Positions 27,612 to 44,950 are shown, numbered from the stretch's first letter. The stretch: 64,000 bases of DNA from Podarcis liolepis (GCA_965112155.1 OZ218103.1); one strand, 5' to 3'. Numbers and translations: made by a program. The notes: generated from the sequence alone by a model not told the origin.

Positions 27612-28711
27612 TAATGTTTTTCACACCGGGGAACCCCAGTGTTATAACAAGCTGTTGAACAAACAAAAAACATCTGGAAAGACCCCGACTGTGCTCAAAT
27701 ATAAAAGCTTGCTCAGGTGAGAGATTATCCCTATTGTTGTCTCTGCATGCCAGTTGGTAGACTCCTCTATGGAAGTACCAGGGTGATGTTTACAGTATGG
27801 AGACAAGCAGCCCTATCAGTAGGGCTTCTTCCACACTACACACTTCATACATGTTCTGTTCAAAATAGCTCATTGAGAGGGAAACTGCTGAAATGCAAAT
27901 GTTGCCTGGCTTGAATTCTTAGAGCTTTCGGAATACTGACTTTTCCCATTTCTATTTCTAGGTATCTCTGGTGGCTCATGCTTTCCCCACCCCATCCATT
28001 CTCTTGCTATCCTTCTCTTTATCCATGCTTGCTGGGTTTGGGTCATGGGAGGAATGGTTATCCAGGGAGGGCTGGGACTGCTGCAGGATTGGTCGTTTTG
28101 CATACTACTACTACAAACAAGAACCAATACATTTAAAAAGAAGAAGTTAAAGTTCAGTGAATCCTTTCAGTGTCCTCAAATATCCCCTGGGCTGCATTTT
28201 ATTGTGATGAAACCCATTCGTATAGCTTGAACTTTAGGGTGAAGTCTGCACAAGCACCAGTGGTGTACTTTGTATTGTGAAGAGTCCATTGCAACCCTTG
28301 TAGAGAGAGGAAACTGCATCCGTTTTGTTTTGTAGGGCGTTTAGCAATTCTAAGCATAATTAGTTATTGGAAGCCTCCTCCCATTAAACTGCGAATGCTC
28401 CCACAGTTTGGATTAAAAACCCAAAGCTCCTTAACTGTCAGCCCTCCTCACCCTTTGGCCTCAAATCTATCTCTAAATTGGACAGCTATTTAGATTGAAT
28501 GCATGCTGATTTGCCCTAATTAATTTATAGCAGTGGTACAATCTGGGATTTTCAAGTCTTTGCTTGCCAGCAGTCCTGCTGCAAGCAGGAGGGATATATT
28601 AGACATGTGTGGTAGCAAATCTCTAGTGAATTACTTTGTTTGGATATGGTTAAATTTTAAAAACATGGTGACAGGAAATTCTGCTTATTGTGGTGTGGTT
28701 TGTTGTGGTGA

Positions 28712-29089
<378 letters not shown>

Positions 29090-29636
29090 TGACTGGAAAA
29101 TTAAATTTGGAATCCTACTCTGGTAAAATAAGAAAAGTACACATTTGTGGTCACTTTAGGGAAGAACACATCATTTACTCACCTTGCAGAACCTGAGAAT
29201 TTATGGCATCTAGTCATTTCCTATGCAGACTTGGGTCCCTTAACAGGAAGCTTGTGCCTGGCCTCAAAGTCATCTTACCTGGCCTCTGGTCCTTTTCTTG
29301 GGATACCAAGGGACAGATTAATCTAAGCAGTTGTGTTAGCAAGAGCCAGTGTAATGAGTCCTGCAAGAGGGGAGATAGTTCCATCTGGCAAGCAGAAATA
29401 TTCGCGCTGATGGAATGGTCATATAGCACAACACTGAATTCCTTTATTTCTTGAAACTTTCTTTGTTTCAGGATGGGGAAAGCCTTATACTGCACAGTAA
29501 CTTAAGGCCGTTGCCTTGGAGAAGTTTGTCCAAGGCTGTAATGCCAACAAAGATGCTTATCTTCCTGACACTCCACATCTATGGTTCAAACATTAAGCTG
29601 TGGTAGCAGCTATACAGGAAGAAGATAGTGTGTGGT

Positions 29637-29668
<32 letters not shown>

Positions 29669-29679
29669 TGTGTGTGTGT
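29637..29679. repeat. (CA)n-(TG)n compound inverted microsatellite
   Basis: ~14 CA units, then tt, then ~6 TG units. Confidence 0.9.
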
Positions 29680-31226
29680 CTCAGCAAGGCCAAAACCAAG
29701 ATACCCAAACTCCTTCACACTGCAGATGTGCTTAGTCACATGTTGTCAGAGTGCTATAGGTGTGGTCATCACAGGAAGACAATTTTGCAGTTTCTCCCAG
29801 AGTCTCTGCTTCTACAGCTGAGTACTCAGGCTGCACCATCAAGAGCAACATTTGCTATGCTCTTCAGAGTACTGAAGTTCAGGGACTCTCTAGCACCCCA
29901 CCAGAGCTGAACCAACTGCACCAGCAACCCAAGTGATTGCTTGGGGTGGCAATATCTTAAGGCGTGGCAGTGAAGCTGAGGGGTGCACCTGTCTCATCCC
30001 TTGCAGCAGATGTGCCTGGGCACAATTCAAGTACCACAGCCTGGCATCCATGGCAATGCATGAGATCCTGAGTGGCACCATTTGAATCATGTGGAACAAC
30101 CGTCTGGAGCCACAAAAAGTTCTGGATGAAACTTTGCTTTATCCTGCTCCTCAGCCCTCAGTGGTTTACATAAATTCCTCCCTAGCTTGCGAGATGTCTG
30201 ACTTGCCAAAGGAATTAATCCCACACGTTGTGATTCTGAAATGTTATTGTCTTGTCTTCCCACTCTCTGGGTTTTTTGGGAGCTCCTCCTAGAGGACATC
30301 AGCAGCACCATGGAATTGCTTTTGATTTGCCAGCAGCATTTGAATGATGCCGTGCTTTATATGATGCACGATCACTAGAGATTCTTTTTGAAATGTTTGT
30401 GCCTCAAGCCTTCTGCTCATCTGTAGCCTTTAATAGCAGGAGATTTGGAGGAGGGAGTATAGCTGCATTTTAAAGGCCTTTGGAGACCTTGTAGAAAATG
30501 CTTCCTTTAGAGGAAGTCATGCTCCTCTGACTTTGGCTTCTACGTTTCTCCACGGCAGAGACCTTTGCGGAGAAGCGGGCCCTTTGTTGCTTCCCCCCGA
30601 CCCCCGTGCGTGTCATCTGTTCCCCCTTATGACTTCTCCCTCAGAGTCGCAATCCTCTCCACAGCAACTGTGACTTCAGGTGGAGATCAACCAGCAGGAA
30701 CAGATGAATTTCTGTGCCGCACAATGGTGTTTCTCACAGGGGCAAGCTGTTTCCGAGTAATTGAGATGCTCAGGAATGACGCAGAATGCACACTCAGTGG
30801 AGAAGTGCTTCCAGTGAGGAATTAAGGGAGATGAGCCCAAGTTGCAGGATGAGATGCAAGTCTTTCCTAGGCAAGGAGAGTTGAGAGGTGCGAGGGGTGG
30901 AACAGCTAAGTGTGGTCCTTTTTAGGATGGAGCTGGATGCGGGGAACATTTTCAGCATCAGTTATACAAAGCAAATGCAGATGCCTCTGTTCCATTGGAA
31001 ATCCAGCATGCCAGGGAGAAGGCCAGGCTGAAAACCTTATCCTTTACTTGGCAGCTTTCCCTATGAAACACAGGTCTTTCCTATGAGGAAACATCTTAAC
31101 ATGCAATTCCTCACCTGCAGTTGGAAGTCTAGGAGCAACATGCACCACATGCTGTTTCTGCCTGTTTGGAATCAGCCATCATCTTCAAAGTGTCTGGCCA
31201 TTGCACAAAGACTAGTTTCACTTGAT

Positions 31227-31408
31227 GGAATATAGGAAGCTGCTGTATACCGAGTCAGACCCCTGGTCCATCCAGCTTTGCATTGTTGATACTGACTGAC
31301 ACCAGCTCTCCAGGGTTTCACACGGGGGTCTCTCCCAGGACTAGCAGGGATTGAACCTGGGGCCTTTTGCATAGAAAGCATGTTCTTCTCTTCTACTGAG
31401 CCCTCCCC
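31227..31408 (-). mobile_element. tRNA-derived squamate SINE
   Basis: B box GGTTCAATCC on -; 3' end gactcggtatacagcagcttcctat; related copies at ~37180-37265 (+) and ~49997-50208 (-). Confidence 0.7.
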
Positions 31409-31721
31409 TTAACTTGATGGGTGGACTTGGTTGCATTGGAAAGTAAGAGGTGGGTCCGTTATTGTTTCTGGCAGGAGCAACTGTGGGCTGGCAGGATTAG
31501 GAGCCAGACCGTGTGATCAGAATAACATAGGACAGCCCACCTGGGTCTTTGCCACTTCAGATTGCAGGTGGAGGACTGTATATTTGGAAATTCCTCTATG
31601 TAAAACAACAACCCCACGTAATATTTATGCACACATGGTTTGGTTCTAATAAAGAACAAGGCAACAAAATAGAGAATTTAGATACAGAAATTGAATCCCA
31701 AGCTGCTGATCATAGAGTTGA

Positions 31722-31991
<270 letters not shown>

Positions 31992-32513
31992 TAGGTGCTT
32001 TTATGAGCATTGTAGGGCCCTGCAGGAGCTGCCTAGAGCTTTTCCAAACAGTAAAACAACAACAGCCCCCAAACCCCTCTTCCAACATTTTCGACTCATT
32101 CCACCTCCTGAGAGCACCTGTCCCTGGATAGCTGAAGAGGCAGCTGGTGAATTGGCAGAGGCAGCTAAGATGGAGGGTGAGGGAGGGTAGGATTCTGGTC
32201 CCATTATCAAGGGTGAACAGATCCAACAGTTCCCCATAGGACGGGTGTGTCAAGTTGTGGGACAACAGCTTTGCTCATCCTAGAATTCTGCTTATCATGC
32301 CCTTACAGCTGATGCTGAAACTCTGTGCTGACTTTATACCAATAAAGCTTTTGGGAATTTCCCAAGCTGAGAGTCAAAGTCTTTTGTCTGAGGTTGGGAG
32401 CCAGGACAGTGACCAGCTCACCTTGCCTAATAGTAAGCTCAGTCTTGTCACAATGGAAGAACATGGTACCAACACAGCAAAAAGAAAGGGAAGTGTATAC
32501 AGGGGAGTCTTGA

Positions 32514-32780
<267 letters not shown>

Positions 32781-33466
32781 TGAGAACCCCAGACTGCCAA
32801 ACCCTGAGCCCAGAGCAGAGTTTCTGCTCTTTCCCTGAGCTTCCATGTTGGAGCCATTTTCAAGTTTCTGCTGTTGCAGTCTATAGAGTTGGAAGAGCCT
32901 ATTTAGTATGTTGTGGTTGGATTCCTGTGGGACACCCTGTGCTGACCAGAGGAAGAGGTCTTTGGGCAAACCGTTTCTGTGAAATATGCAAAAGTCAGTT
33001 GTTGGTCCCAGAAACAAGTGCTGGCCTGCAGACTGTCTGAGTGTTCAGCTCCCTCTGGCCTAACATGCCCTGTTAATCAGGGAGGGAGGAACTGTAGCCC
33101 TCCAGATATTGCTGGTGTCCAACTTCCATCAGCCCCAGCCAGCATAGCCAGAGAGTCGAAGGCCAATGACAGCTGAAAAGTTGTAAGTTTTCTCTCCCTG
33201 CTGTAGGTGAATTGAGGGGCTCAGGTGCTTTATGGCCTTCCTACCTTGCAGCTCCCCAGTGCCGGTATGAATTAAAGAACTGTGAAGCTCAACACAGCTC
33301 AGCCCAGTACATCTGGTCACGTGAGCAGTGCCAGGAGGCAGGCACTGTGCTGTCTTCTGAAAGCAAGTAGGCTAAGAAGGACCAATGGCAGTGATGGAGC
33401 CAATCAGGCTATGAATTTTGGAAGGAGGGAGACCCTACCTGCAGGCTGCACTGCCCATCTTATTGA

Positions 33467-33793
<327 letters not shown>

Positions 33794-34657
33794 TGAACCT
33801 ACTACCCTGAAACAGTCTTAAATTCCCTGCATTAAGCAGCATATTCTGCAGAAAATCCCTCTTGATCACAATAACTTACACCAATCATGTATGGATGGTC
33901 AGAAGGATATTTGATCGGAGCAATGTATGTATTATGGGATGGGGGTTGGGACCATAATGAGATAGGATCTCAGTATAGATATCACCCTTCCCTGAGCACT
34001 AGAAATCCCACCAAAACCAAAAACAAGCCCCTCTTCTTATGCTTTAACTTGATGTTCTCCATACAGGTTGTTTCCCCCATTTTCCCCTACACTCACAAAC
34101 CCTCTTAAAACACACGATGCTGGTTTGAGGAGGTTTTTCAGTGAAAAGGAACCCGTTGCAGTGGGGATAGCAGCTCCTCTGTTGCAAGGCTCCCCACTTG
34201 CAGCTGTGTCAAGAAGGAAATCCAAGTCAGCCTCTTGCAAATTTCTGCTTTCCCCATGCTCTCCACTGTGCCAGCATTTTCAAACCTCTGCAGTCTCCGT
34301 ATATGGAGGAGGAGTTCAGTGTGTGGCCAGAGCAGCAACGGGGGGGGGGGCAGGGAGAGTGTCTTTTGCCCCCTGCTAGCTTCTGGTGCATCAGGAAGAA
34401 GGGGAGCAACAGCAGGCCTTCCGTGTGATGGTTAAAGGGGCTGTGCTTCTGATTTCTTTGGGTCTGCAATTTCAAAATCAAGTAGGCCCTCCCCGATACT
34501 TAGGAACCCAGCTTCTTTGGTCTGAATCTGTATTATGTAACAGAGGCCAGTTGGGAGGTATCCTCTTGCTTGCGGGACTGTTGAGCCAGCAAAACTCTCT
34601 GGCTTAAATTCAAAGGGTCTGGTTGCAGGATAGATGCTGACATGGCTCTGCTCCTGA

Positions 34658-35140
<483 letters not shown>

Positions 35141-36142
35141 TAAGAACCCAGTAGTTCTAGTATCGTCACATGGGTTTCAGGCAAATTGTAGTGATGGAGT
35201 ACAGAACTGGAGGGTTGGGAATGCTCCCTGATGGGGACCCCACATAACACCCTTAGTAACCAATGCAAAGAGTCTGCTTATAGCTGCTCCTGCCAGATAG
35301 AAGAGCCGGTCCCCATGACACAACCAAGCTGACACATGGACATGCAAGATCCCAGGAGAGGAGGCTTTGCTTCATCCTGGCCTTTGACTGCTGCACCATG
35401 GCTCACAATGTTGTTGGAATGGGGATTCCGGCTTAAGCTCTCTCCTCACTATCCATGAGCAGCAACCCTCAGCTATGGCCTGGCAGTAGGAAGGATGGGG
35501 GGTGGGGGAAAAGCAGCTGCAAAGTGTGCGAGCCCTGCACGTCCACGGAGTCTCACTGAGCCATAGTTTGTTTTGTTGTGTCGTGTGAACCAGATTGTGT
35601 AGTGTGTTGAAAAGAGAAAGCAGGCTAGGACTGGATAGAGCAATGCCTTTGGTCTCTTGGGTGGTACCTTTGTTCTTCTTATCAGGAAGGGCATAACAGG
35701 AAATGCAGGAAGCCATCAGGTGTTGTAGTGGCTGTGTGTCCCAGCAAACAGGTTGGTCTGGGAGGGAGAGTTCTGGTTTCCAGAAGGCTGGGGGGGGGGG
35801 AGAGGCTTTAAATAGAAACATGTGAGCAGGTAGCTCCAAACTGCAGCAGATGCCCTGGGGCAAGACAGCCCCCCTTCCCCGCCATCTCTAAGCAAAACCA
35901 GATGACTGCTGTGTGCAAATCATGCTTGGCTCTGACATAAAAGCACAAGAGGGGGATGTTTCTAAACTTATATTTTTCTTTACAAGTTTATAAATCACTC
36001 CTTAGTTCTCTCTAGTGGCCTTTCAAGTTTTGTTCAAGGCCGGTCTTGCATCCATATGTTGTAGAAGACCTCAAGGTTTACTACAGAGTTGTTACAGACA
36101 GCATACCATGGACAAAGAAGGCCCAAAAAATTTTTAGACTGA

Positions 36143-36364
<222 letters not shown>

Positions 36365-37534
36365 TGAAGGACTCCTTGCGTAATGGATTGTAGCCACCAG
36401 AAACACTAGCTGGCTTGCTCACTATTTGGACCTGTGCAATGAAGAAAGCCAGTGTGGTTCAAAAAATCAATGAAGGACAGCTTTGGCCATTGGTGGGTGG
36501 GTTGACTCACACGTTTTGGGTGGTCCTTGGACAAGGTAGCCTCAGTGAGCACTCCCTTCCTATCTCTGCTGCCCCATAACTTGCTCTCTTCCTCTACGCA
36601 CAGTCCACCCACATGGCATTTCCTTGAGAACTGGTTTTATGAGGCTCCAGCTAACTTCTGTCTCTGTTCCTTGACCTTGCAGCAAGGACTTCCAGTTTTA
36701 TTTACAGGCGCTCACTTAATCAGTTTGGGGCATGCCCTATAGAGAAATGTGATCATTGCAACATTTCTGGCCTCTGTTTATCGTCAGGGATTTGGCTTTC
36801 ATCACTTAAAACTCCCATTACTAAATTTCCATCTTTATTAGGATGTCTGCGGCGTGTAGGATGAGCTCTCCTGGCTCAGACCAAATGTCTAGCATCCCGC
36901 TCCCGACCCTGCAGAGCCACCACTAGGGTTCATCCACACTTCTTCCTGTCCTACTGCTTTCTCCTGGGGAAAACCACTCTCTAACGCTCAGTCGGAGCAA
37001 AGGGCAATTCAGGTTTTCTCCAGATTGACCTTTGCTCTGATTTAGCACTAAAGAGCATGTTTTCCCTTGGAAAGGAGCCGTGTGAGGGAAAAACCACTTG
37101 GGACTTGTGGCTAGAAAGTGCAGGTGAAAAGGAAAACCGTTTGGATTCATGCTTCCAAGGCACTGGACAAGCAGAAGTGTGGAGGAGCCCCTGGTCAATG
37201 TAGACAATACTGAGCTAGATGAACCAATGGTCTGACTCAGTATACGGCAGATTCCATTGTTCCCAAGCACTCTTGTTGTTGTTCTCCACAGGATATTTGC
37301 TTGAGTTGAGAAAGGCTGAAGTGGGTAGAATTTGGGGGTTGAGGAGGGGTCAAGTGAACACTTAATAGAGCAGACGAAAAGGCTTTGATCTGAAATTCAA
37401 GGTGTCCCTTTTATGTACACTTCATCCCAATTCTCCCCAGCAAGGCTGTGAGGGAAAGGAAGAATCCACTTTTCTGCTCTGCTCCCAGATGTTTAGGAGT
37501 GCAGTACTGTCTAGTTTAATTGTGAGAATGCTGA

Positions 37535-37783
<249 letters not shown>

Positions 37784-38124
37784 TAGGAAAAGCGGTGAAC
37801 TTTCCAGGGCTATGGCAAGCCTCCCTTGAAGCCAGTGGTAGAGTCTGGACCTGGCTCAGAACTTGGGCATTCTTGCTGCTTTTAGGGTGGACTCTTAACC
37901 TGCAACTCTACCTGTTAATTAATGGACAGAATTTACCGACCACCTGAAAAGTTCAAAGCAGCTTAGACTTCATCCAAGGTAGACTTCATCCAAGGAGCTT
38001 ATGAAGCCAGTTCTGCTTATTTTCTGCAGCAGAAATACATCCAGTCTTCATATCATACTCTGGGTTATACAGGGTTATACTGATCTAGGAAAGTGCAAGC
38101 TTTGAGACTGTCTCTGGGAAATAA

Positions 38125-38418
<294 letters not shown>

Positions 38419-38853
38419 TGATCATCCCCATGTCTCAAATGTGAGGACTGAAAGAGAAAGGCTTGCCTGAGAACTCTTGCTGAGTTTGTGGCGGAGGTAA
38501 GATTCAAATCAAGGACATCTTGAGTCATTGCTCCATGTCTTGCAGGCTACATGCATCAGCACCCAAACATCCACAAATGTAGCCGTTTCCCATGTGATAA
38601 GATCCCTGCACTAGCAAAACAACAGCAACAGATAAATGTAATTTTATACTAAGGAAGATACCATTGTGTTCAGCTTTTAAAAACATCTTTTTTTTGGCTA
38701 ACATAAACCAGAGGCCTTCCACCTATAATGTTAAGCCAGACACTAAGCTTCCTGTGATCATAGCAGTTTTGGTTACTGGCACAGCCCTTCATTGTGAGCC
38801 TTGCCAAATTTAGCAGCGATGTCCAGCTTCCAGGATACAGACTAAGAGGTTAG

Positions 38854-39897
<1,044 letters not shown>

Positions 39898-41454
39898 GCT
39901 TCTGCATTAGTTGAAAAAAAGAAGAAGGAAAGAAGGAAGGAACCCTGATCCCTGTTGGTGGAATCATGCCTACTGGGCCAGACAATGTTTTCCATCCAGA
40001 GAGGATTCCTGGATTATTATTATTTTGAGGAACGTAAACCAAAAGCAGCACGGCAGGAAGGGTTTGCTTCCCACCCACTCGCAAACACCTCGGCAATACC
40101 AAAAGCTAACCAGGAAAAATTGAATACCTCTTTCCCAAAGGGCATGGCGGATGGAGGCTGAAATGCAAACCACCTCGAAGGAGGCATGGTAATGCGTCGC
40201 TCAGCCTCTTGTGTTGCCACCTTGGCTCTTGGCTGGTGGCCTTGTAAGAGGTGCAGCCTGCCAAGACGGGCACGTTTCACCGTTTTCTTTTTTGTGAAGA
40301 TCCTTAACTGAAAAAAAGACCTAACGTTAACTGTTCTCAGGGATTGCTTTACTAAAAGTAACAGAAGCATTTATGATACTGTAAATACGATAGTATATGT
40401 GTCGATTATTAAATTGTAAAGTTCTAATTATTTATAATTATTCTCTTTTTGTTTGGGGGATACTTGAAATGTGTTGTGGGCTGGGGATTTTGGTTTTGTT
40501 AAGCATATCCGAACATGAGAAAAAATGAACATTTCTCAGGTTCCCTGCTCCGCCAGCACTGTTGGTGAAGAGGGGCTGGTGGGTGGTGTCTGATGAGTAG
40601 AGAGGATGGACCAAGAGTTCATGCAGAACCACCGCGACACAACAGCCCTGGAAGAGAGGAGACCAAGGTGGAAATGGCCAAGCCTGCCATCAGAGTGCGT
40701 GGACTTGGCCCATGGGCTGTCAGCCACAGCACTCGCCCTGCCTCTGCTGGTTTATGCTGTGGTGTGGTTCCAGTTATGGAATACAAAGACCCCAGGAAGC
40801 CAGATTGTTGGCTGTGAAACAGTTGGGCCCATAGTGTAAATAATCAATTTTTTTGGCCTTCCTCCACATGCCTATGGATAGATGCGTGCAAGAGCTGTAT
40901 GCTATACGCGCGTGGGAAGATGCGTCTTTCCTTTGGCAGATGGGGAGCAGGGAACACATTTTTCTCTTGCTTATGTGTGTCTTTTATTTTCAACTCCATT
41001 TCTAAACCGTTGCCTTTGATGGCACCTGCAGAGTCTGGTGCCCTCTGGAGGACAGCCTTCCTGGTCCCATTTCTTGCTGCTCCACCTCCCACCACTGCTT
41101 AAGTGGTTCATCTTAATTTTTTAACTTCTTCCAATGAAAAATAAAGTTGGGGGGTAGGAAGCAGGAGCAACACAGCTCTTCCACTTGTCTTTGTGTTCCC
41201 CTGTTCCAGTGTGTCCTAGTTTTAAAAGGGGCAGGGAGGGAATGGGGTGGGGTGGGGCAGGGGTCGGGCTGAAGGGTAGCTTAGAAAATGTGGATTAAAA
41301 TTACCTACTGTCTGACTCCAGTTTTGTTTTTCACAATACTCTGAGAAAACTGGGCCAGGGAAACCCAGCTCACCCCAGTATTTGTTGCCATAGAAGTATC
41401 ATTCTTCACGTCTGACTTATTTTATTTTGTGTACAACCTCTTGACCCAATGTTT

Positions 41455-41460
41455 AATAAA
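41455..41460 (+). terminator. candidate ZSWIM5 polyadenylation signal AATAAA (second candidate at 41535-41540)
   Basis: AATAAA ~1.55 kb after the stop, preceded by T-rich sequence; actual usage not verifiable from DNA. Confidence 0.5.
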
Positions 41461-43221
41461 AAAGAAGGAAGATGTTCATACCACTTCTGTATCACTCCAG
41501 CCCTTTCTGTTGTCAGCAATGCCAATTAAAAGGGAATAAAAAGACAGCAGTTCAAAGGCAGTTGTTGAGATGGGAGGGATGTGAGTGAATGCAACCTTCT
41601 AAACCACCAGCCTTGCATCCTTTTGGTCTGGAAAGAACCACATGTGGCTTTTGCCTCTTCCTGTACTGAGTCTCCAGTTACTTCACCAGCAAATATTTAT
41701 ATGTCAATACCCCCTGCCTCAGATGGAATATACTTGTTGTGCAGGAACAATCCTATAAAAAGAGTATGGATCTTTGATGTATAGTGGGATACATTGGCGT
41801 AACATCTGTGAATATCGTGGCTTAAGGCCATGAAACCTGAAAAAACCTCCCCCCCCCCCCCCCAATCGGAACATGGCTGTAGGTTGAAATCCTCTTTGGA
41901 GGCCCTGCTATACGTCCTGCCAATAGAAGATTTTGTGTGTGGCAGCACTTTGGAGGAATTCCTTCTCAAAGGAGGTAAATCTAGGCCATCCCTGAGGGTG
42001 GTTCGGAAGGCAGGGAAAGCAATGTTATTGGCACTTGCTTTCCATATATGACTGAAGAGTCAGACTCTCATCCTTTCAATTTTAAGGCTTGGGCTTTATT
42101 TTTTGCAAGCTGATTATGCCCTCTTTGGTTTTGTTCTTTTATCTGAACTGCTGGAGGTGGTGGTGTTACGTTAGACCTAAACAGCAGTGTAGAGAAAAAA
42201 CTAACAGGTCTCTGAAGAGCCCTGCTCCTCTCTTAGCTGCTGATGCCACCTTTACTAGCTGCAGCCTCAACACTGTAGCATCCCCCTTCCCACTGTAGCA
42301 TACCTGTTAACAAAGCGATCATTGCCTTCACCACCACAGTTCCTCCCATGCTATTCCAGTTCTAAGAAAAGCATCCACTGGTCTGTTTACATATCACACA
42401 CAAGTAGCAGACTTTGTGAGGGGGCTGGTGCTACTTGTGTCTTCTATAAACATGTTTCCTTATCATGACATGCGGCTGATAACTGTCAGATGCAACCAGG
42501 CTGAATGCTGAAGCAGACACAGTCACCACTATGGCAGCAGAGATATAGGAAAAGGAAGGCTGGATTTCTTTACTGGAGGAACCTGCTTAGCTGTTGCTGG
42601 ATAATGAACAGCAGTGAGTGAGGTGCAGTGCAGCACAGCATGTTCATATTGAGAATAAACATCACAAGAGTATTTTCCACTTATTCCTGGGTCGCCTGTT
42701 CAGCAGCAAGGACATGGTCGCTCATCCTTCCTGAGTGGGTTGTGCATATGCAGACCTTGACTAAGCCAGAACAGCAGCACCAAAGCAGAGGAAGATTCCA
42801 TCATTTAACTAAACACCATGTGCTGGATTGTTAATCCAGATGGGAAACTGTTGTAAATACTTCACTTTGCGGTATGGCGCATGGCCATTGCTTCGTAGAG
42901 ACACATGGCTATTGCTAAAGAGGGCCCCAAACTGAGCAATTGGGTGATACAAGGTACCCTGACCCACCTTCTATTGTTAAACGGCAAAAAACTTACTCCG
43001 CTGTGGAGGACAGAGCATAAGAAAGGCCACACCTAGCCACTGGTTGGAAGGGGCAAGAAAAGGATCCACCCCTTTCTCAGATAAGCTTTGTAGTGTGTAG
43101 GGATAAAGCCAGGATCAAAAGCATTGAGTGCGTCAGGAAGTGCCCAAGACACATACATTCTCTCCCCCTCTACAACCCACCCACCATCCCAAGCATTGTG
43201 CCATTAAAATGTGGAAAGCAT

Positions 43222-43227
43222 TTTAAT
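43222..43227 (-). terminator. candidate UROD polyadenylation signal ATTAAA
   Basis: tttaat on + reads ATTAAA on -, ~140 nt after the UROD stop. Confidence 0.5.
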
Positions 43228-43364
43228 AGTGCGCTATTACAAACCCACATCCTTGTTCTTTCTCTCAGTCCTAGTGACTGGCTCTCCTGCACTCGCAAAC
43301 ATGATCCTCTCTTGCTGCAGTCTCTTTGATGCTTTGTCCATTTTCCATGTGGCTCCCCAAGTCT

Positions 43365-43529
43365 TCAGGAACATTTCTTGAGATGGCGAGAGTGCCTATG
43401 TACAGCATCCACAAAAGCCCCCACGTGCTCCGGGCTCATGTCAGGATACAGGCCATGACCCAGGTTGGCAATGTAGTGCTTGGAGCCAAAGCCTTCCACC
43501 ATCTTCTTCACCAGCTCCCCAATCTTCTC
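43365..43529 (-). CDS. UROD: UROD exon 10 (terminal)
   Basis: [54 protein letters not shown]. Confidence 0.96.
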   Translation of the reverse strand, partial: EKIGELVKKMVEGFGSKHYIANLGHGLYPDMSPEHVGAFVDAVHRHSRHLKKCS

Positions 43530-43829
43530 CTGACAAAAGCGAAGAAGAATCAGCAGGGCAAGACAGTTGAAGCAACCAACCTAGGCTAACTTATAGTGTA
43601 TTGGAAGGGGGGGGAGAGCGTATTTGACAGACTCAGTGCAGACAGTCCTTACAACCATTGTTTGCTAACTAGGAGCATCCTGTGGCTTTGTGTGTTGGGT
43701 CCAACCTCGCCCATTACTGAAATGTGTCCCCCCCCCCCCCAACAGCTTTCCACTGAAGTAACGTGACCTTAGCCCTAAGAAAGGTTCCCTGACATTTGTC
43801 TAGGGGGCTTGTGACACCTGCCTCTTTAC

Positions 43830-43896
43830 CTTTGGTGCATAGAGGGCACATGGATCCAAATTCCCTTGTAAGGTAATGTCTTTCCCGATCCGCTGA
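43830..43896 (-). CDS. UROD: UROD exon 9
   Basis: QRIGKDITLQGNLDPCALYAPK. Confidence 0.95.
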
Positions 43897-44950
43897 CTGC
43901 AACAGAACAAAATAAAACATCAGTACCTGCTCTGGAGGTTGAGGGGGGAATACTTGTAGGCACCAGAGCAAGATGTAGCTCCTCATCATCACAAGAATGT
44001 GAGATACTTATGAAATCAGATGGTTTTAAAACAGGAAGAGCAATGGTTGGAAGCCGTAAGAGCTAATGATGGTTGCCTACCTGTGTCCCAGGTGCCTCTT
44101 GGGTCTAATTCTGATGTATCTGGCTAGCCCTAGTTAGAAGGTTGTACCTAATTAAACTTATCCAGGTTGTACTTATGTTGCAAAGTCATAAAATATCGGA
44201 GTTGGAAGCCTCTAGCAAAGAAGAGCTCACTGCCCAACTCTTCCCATTAGGACATTTCTAACAAGATTTAGCCAAAATTCTGCTTCCTTGTGGTTTCCAC
44301 CCATTCCTTCTAGCCCTGCTTTCTGAAACAGTAGAGTGAAATTTACTTTGTTCCACTGACACGTGATAGAACCATAGAACTGTAGAGTTGGAAAGGTACA
44401 CTGAGAGTCTTCTAGTCTTCAGATATTGGAAGACAGCTATCATGTCAGGTCACAAAACAATACCATTTCCTTGCTTCTGAAAAGCTGGAGAGAACTAATT
44501 TCCCTAGGCAGAACAATGGGACATTTTGCCCCGTTTGCTGCACAGTCTTACTTTCTACCCATCATCCTGGGAAACTGGTCTCTAGTCTTAGAAGACGTTT
44601 CATCTTAGAAGACGTTTCATCTTGGCTGGGGGGCTCACTCAGCTCTAGCTGTATGAAACAATCAGCTCTCTGTTTCCCAACTGCTGCATGTGAGCAGGGT
44701 TTGGCTCTTCATAGCAGCAATCCAATGGAGGAGCTCCCTGCACCTATAAACTGGGGGCTCCTTAGTACTTCACATAAGCCTCTTATTTACTATCCCCAGG
44801 CCATTCTGCTTAGCCAGTAGTTGTTGTATCCACAATACCGTATGAAGCAAAATTTATGGGAAACGAAAGGATTCTGATATTGGCAAAAGCACTTTAGAAA
44901 TCCTACCAACCCTCCTAGCAGTCCCTATGGAAGGCCAGTCAATTTCTCAC

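Noticed and set aside
41460-43365. Possible overlap of the convergent ZSWIM5 and UROD 3'UTRs
   Set aside because: Each gene has plausible poly(A) signals leaving a ~1.7 kb gap; overlap cannot be supported without transcript data
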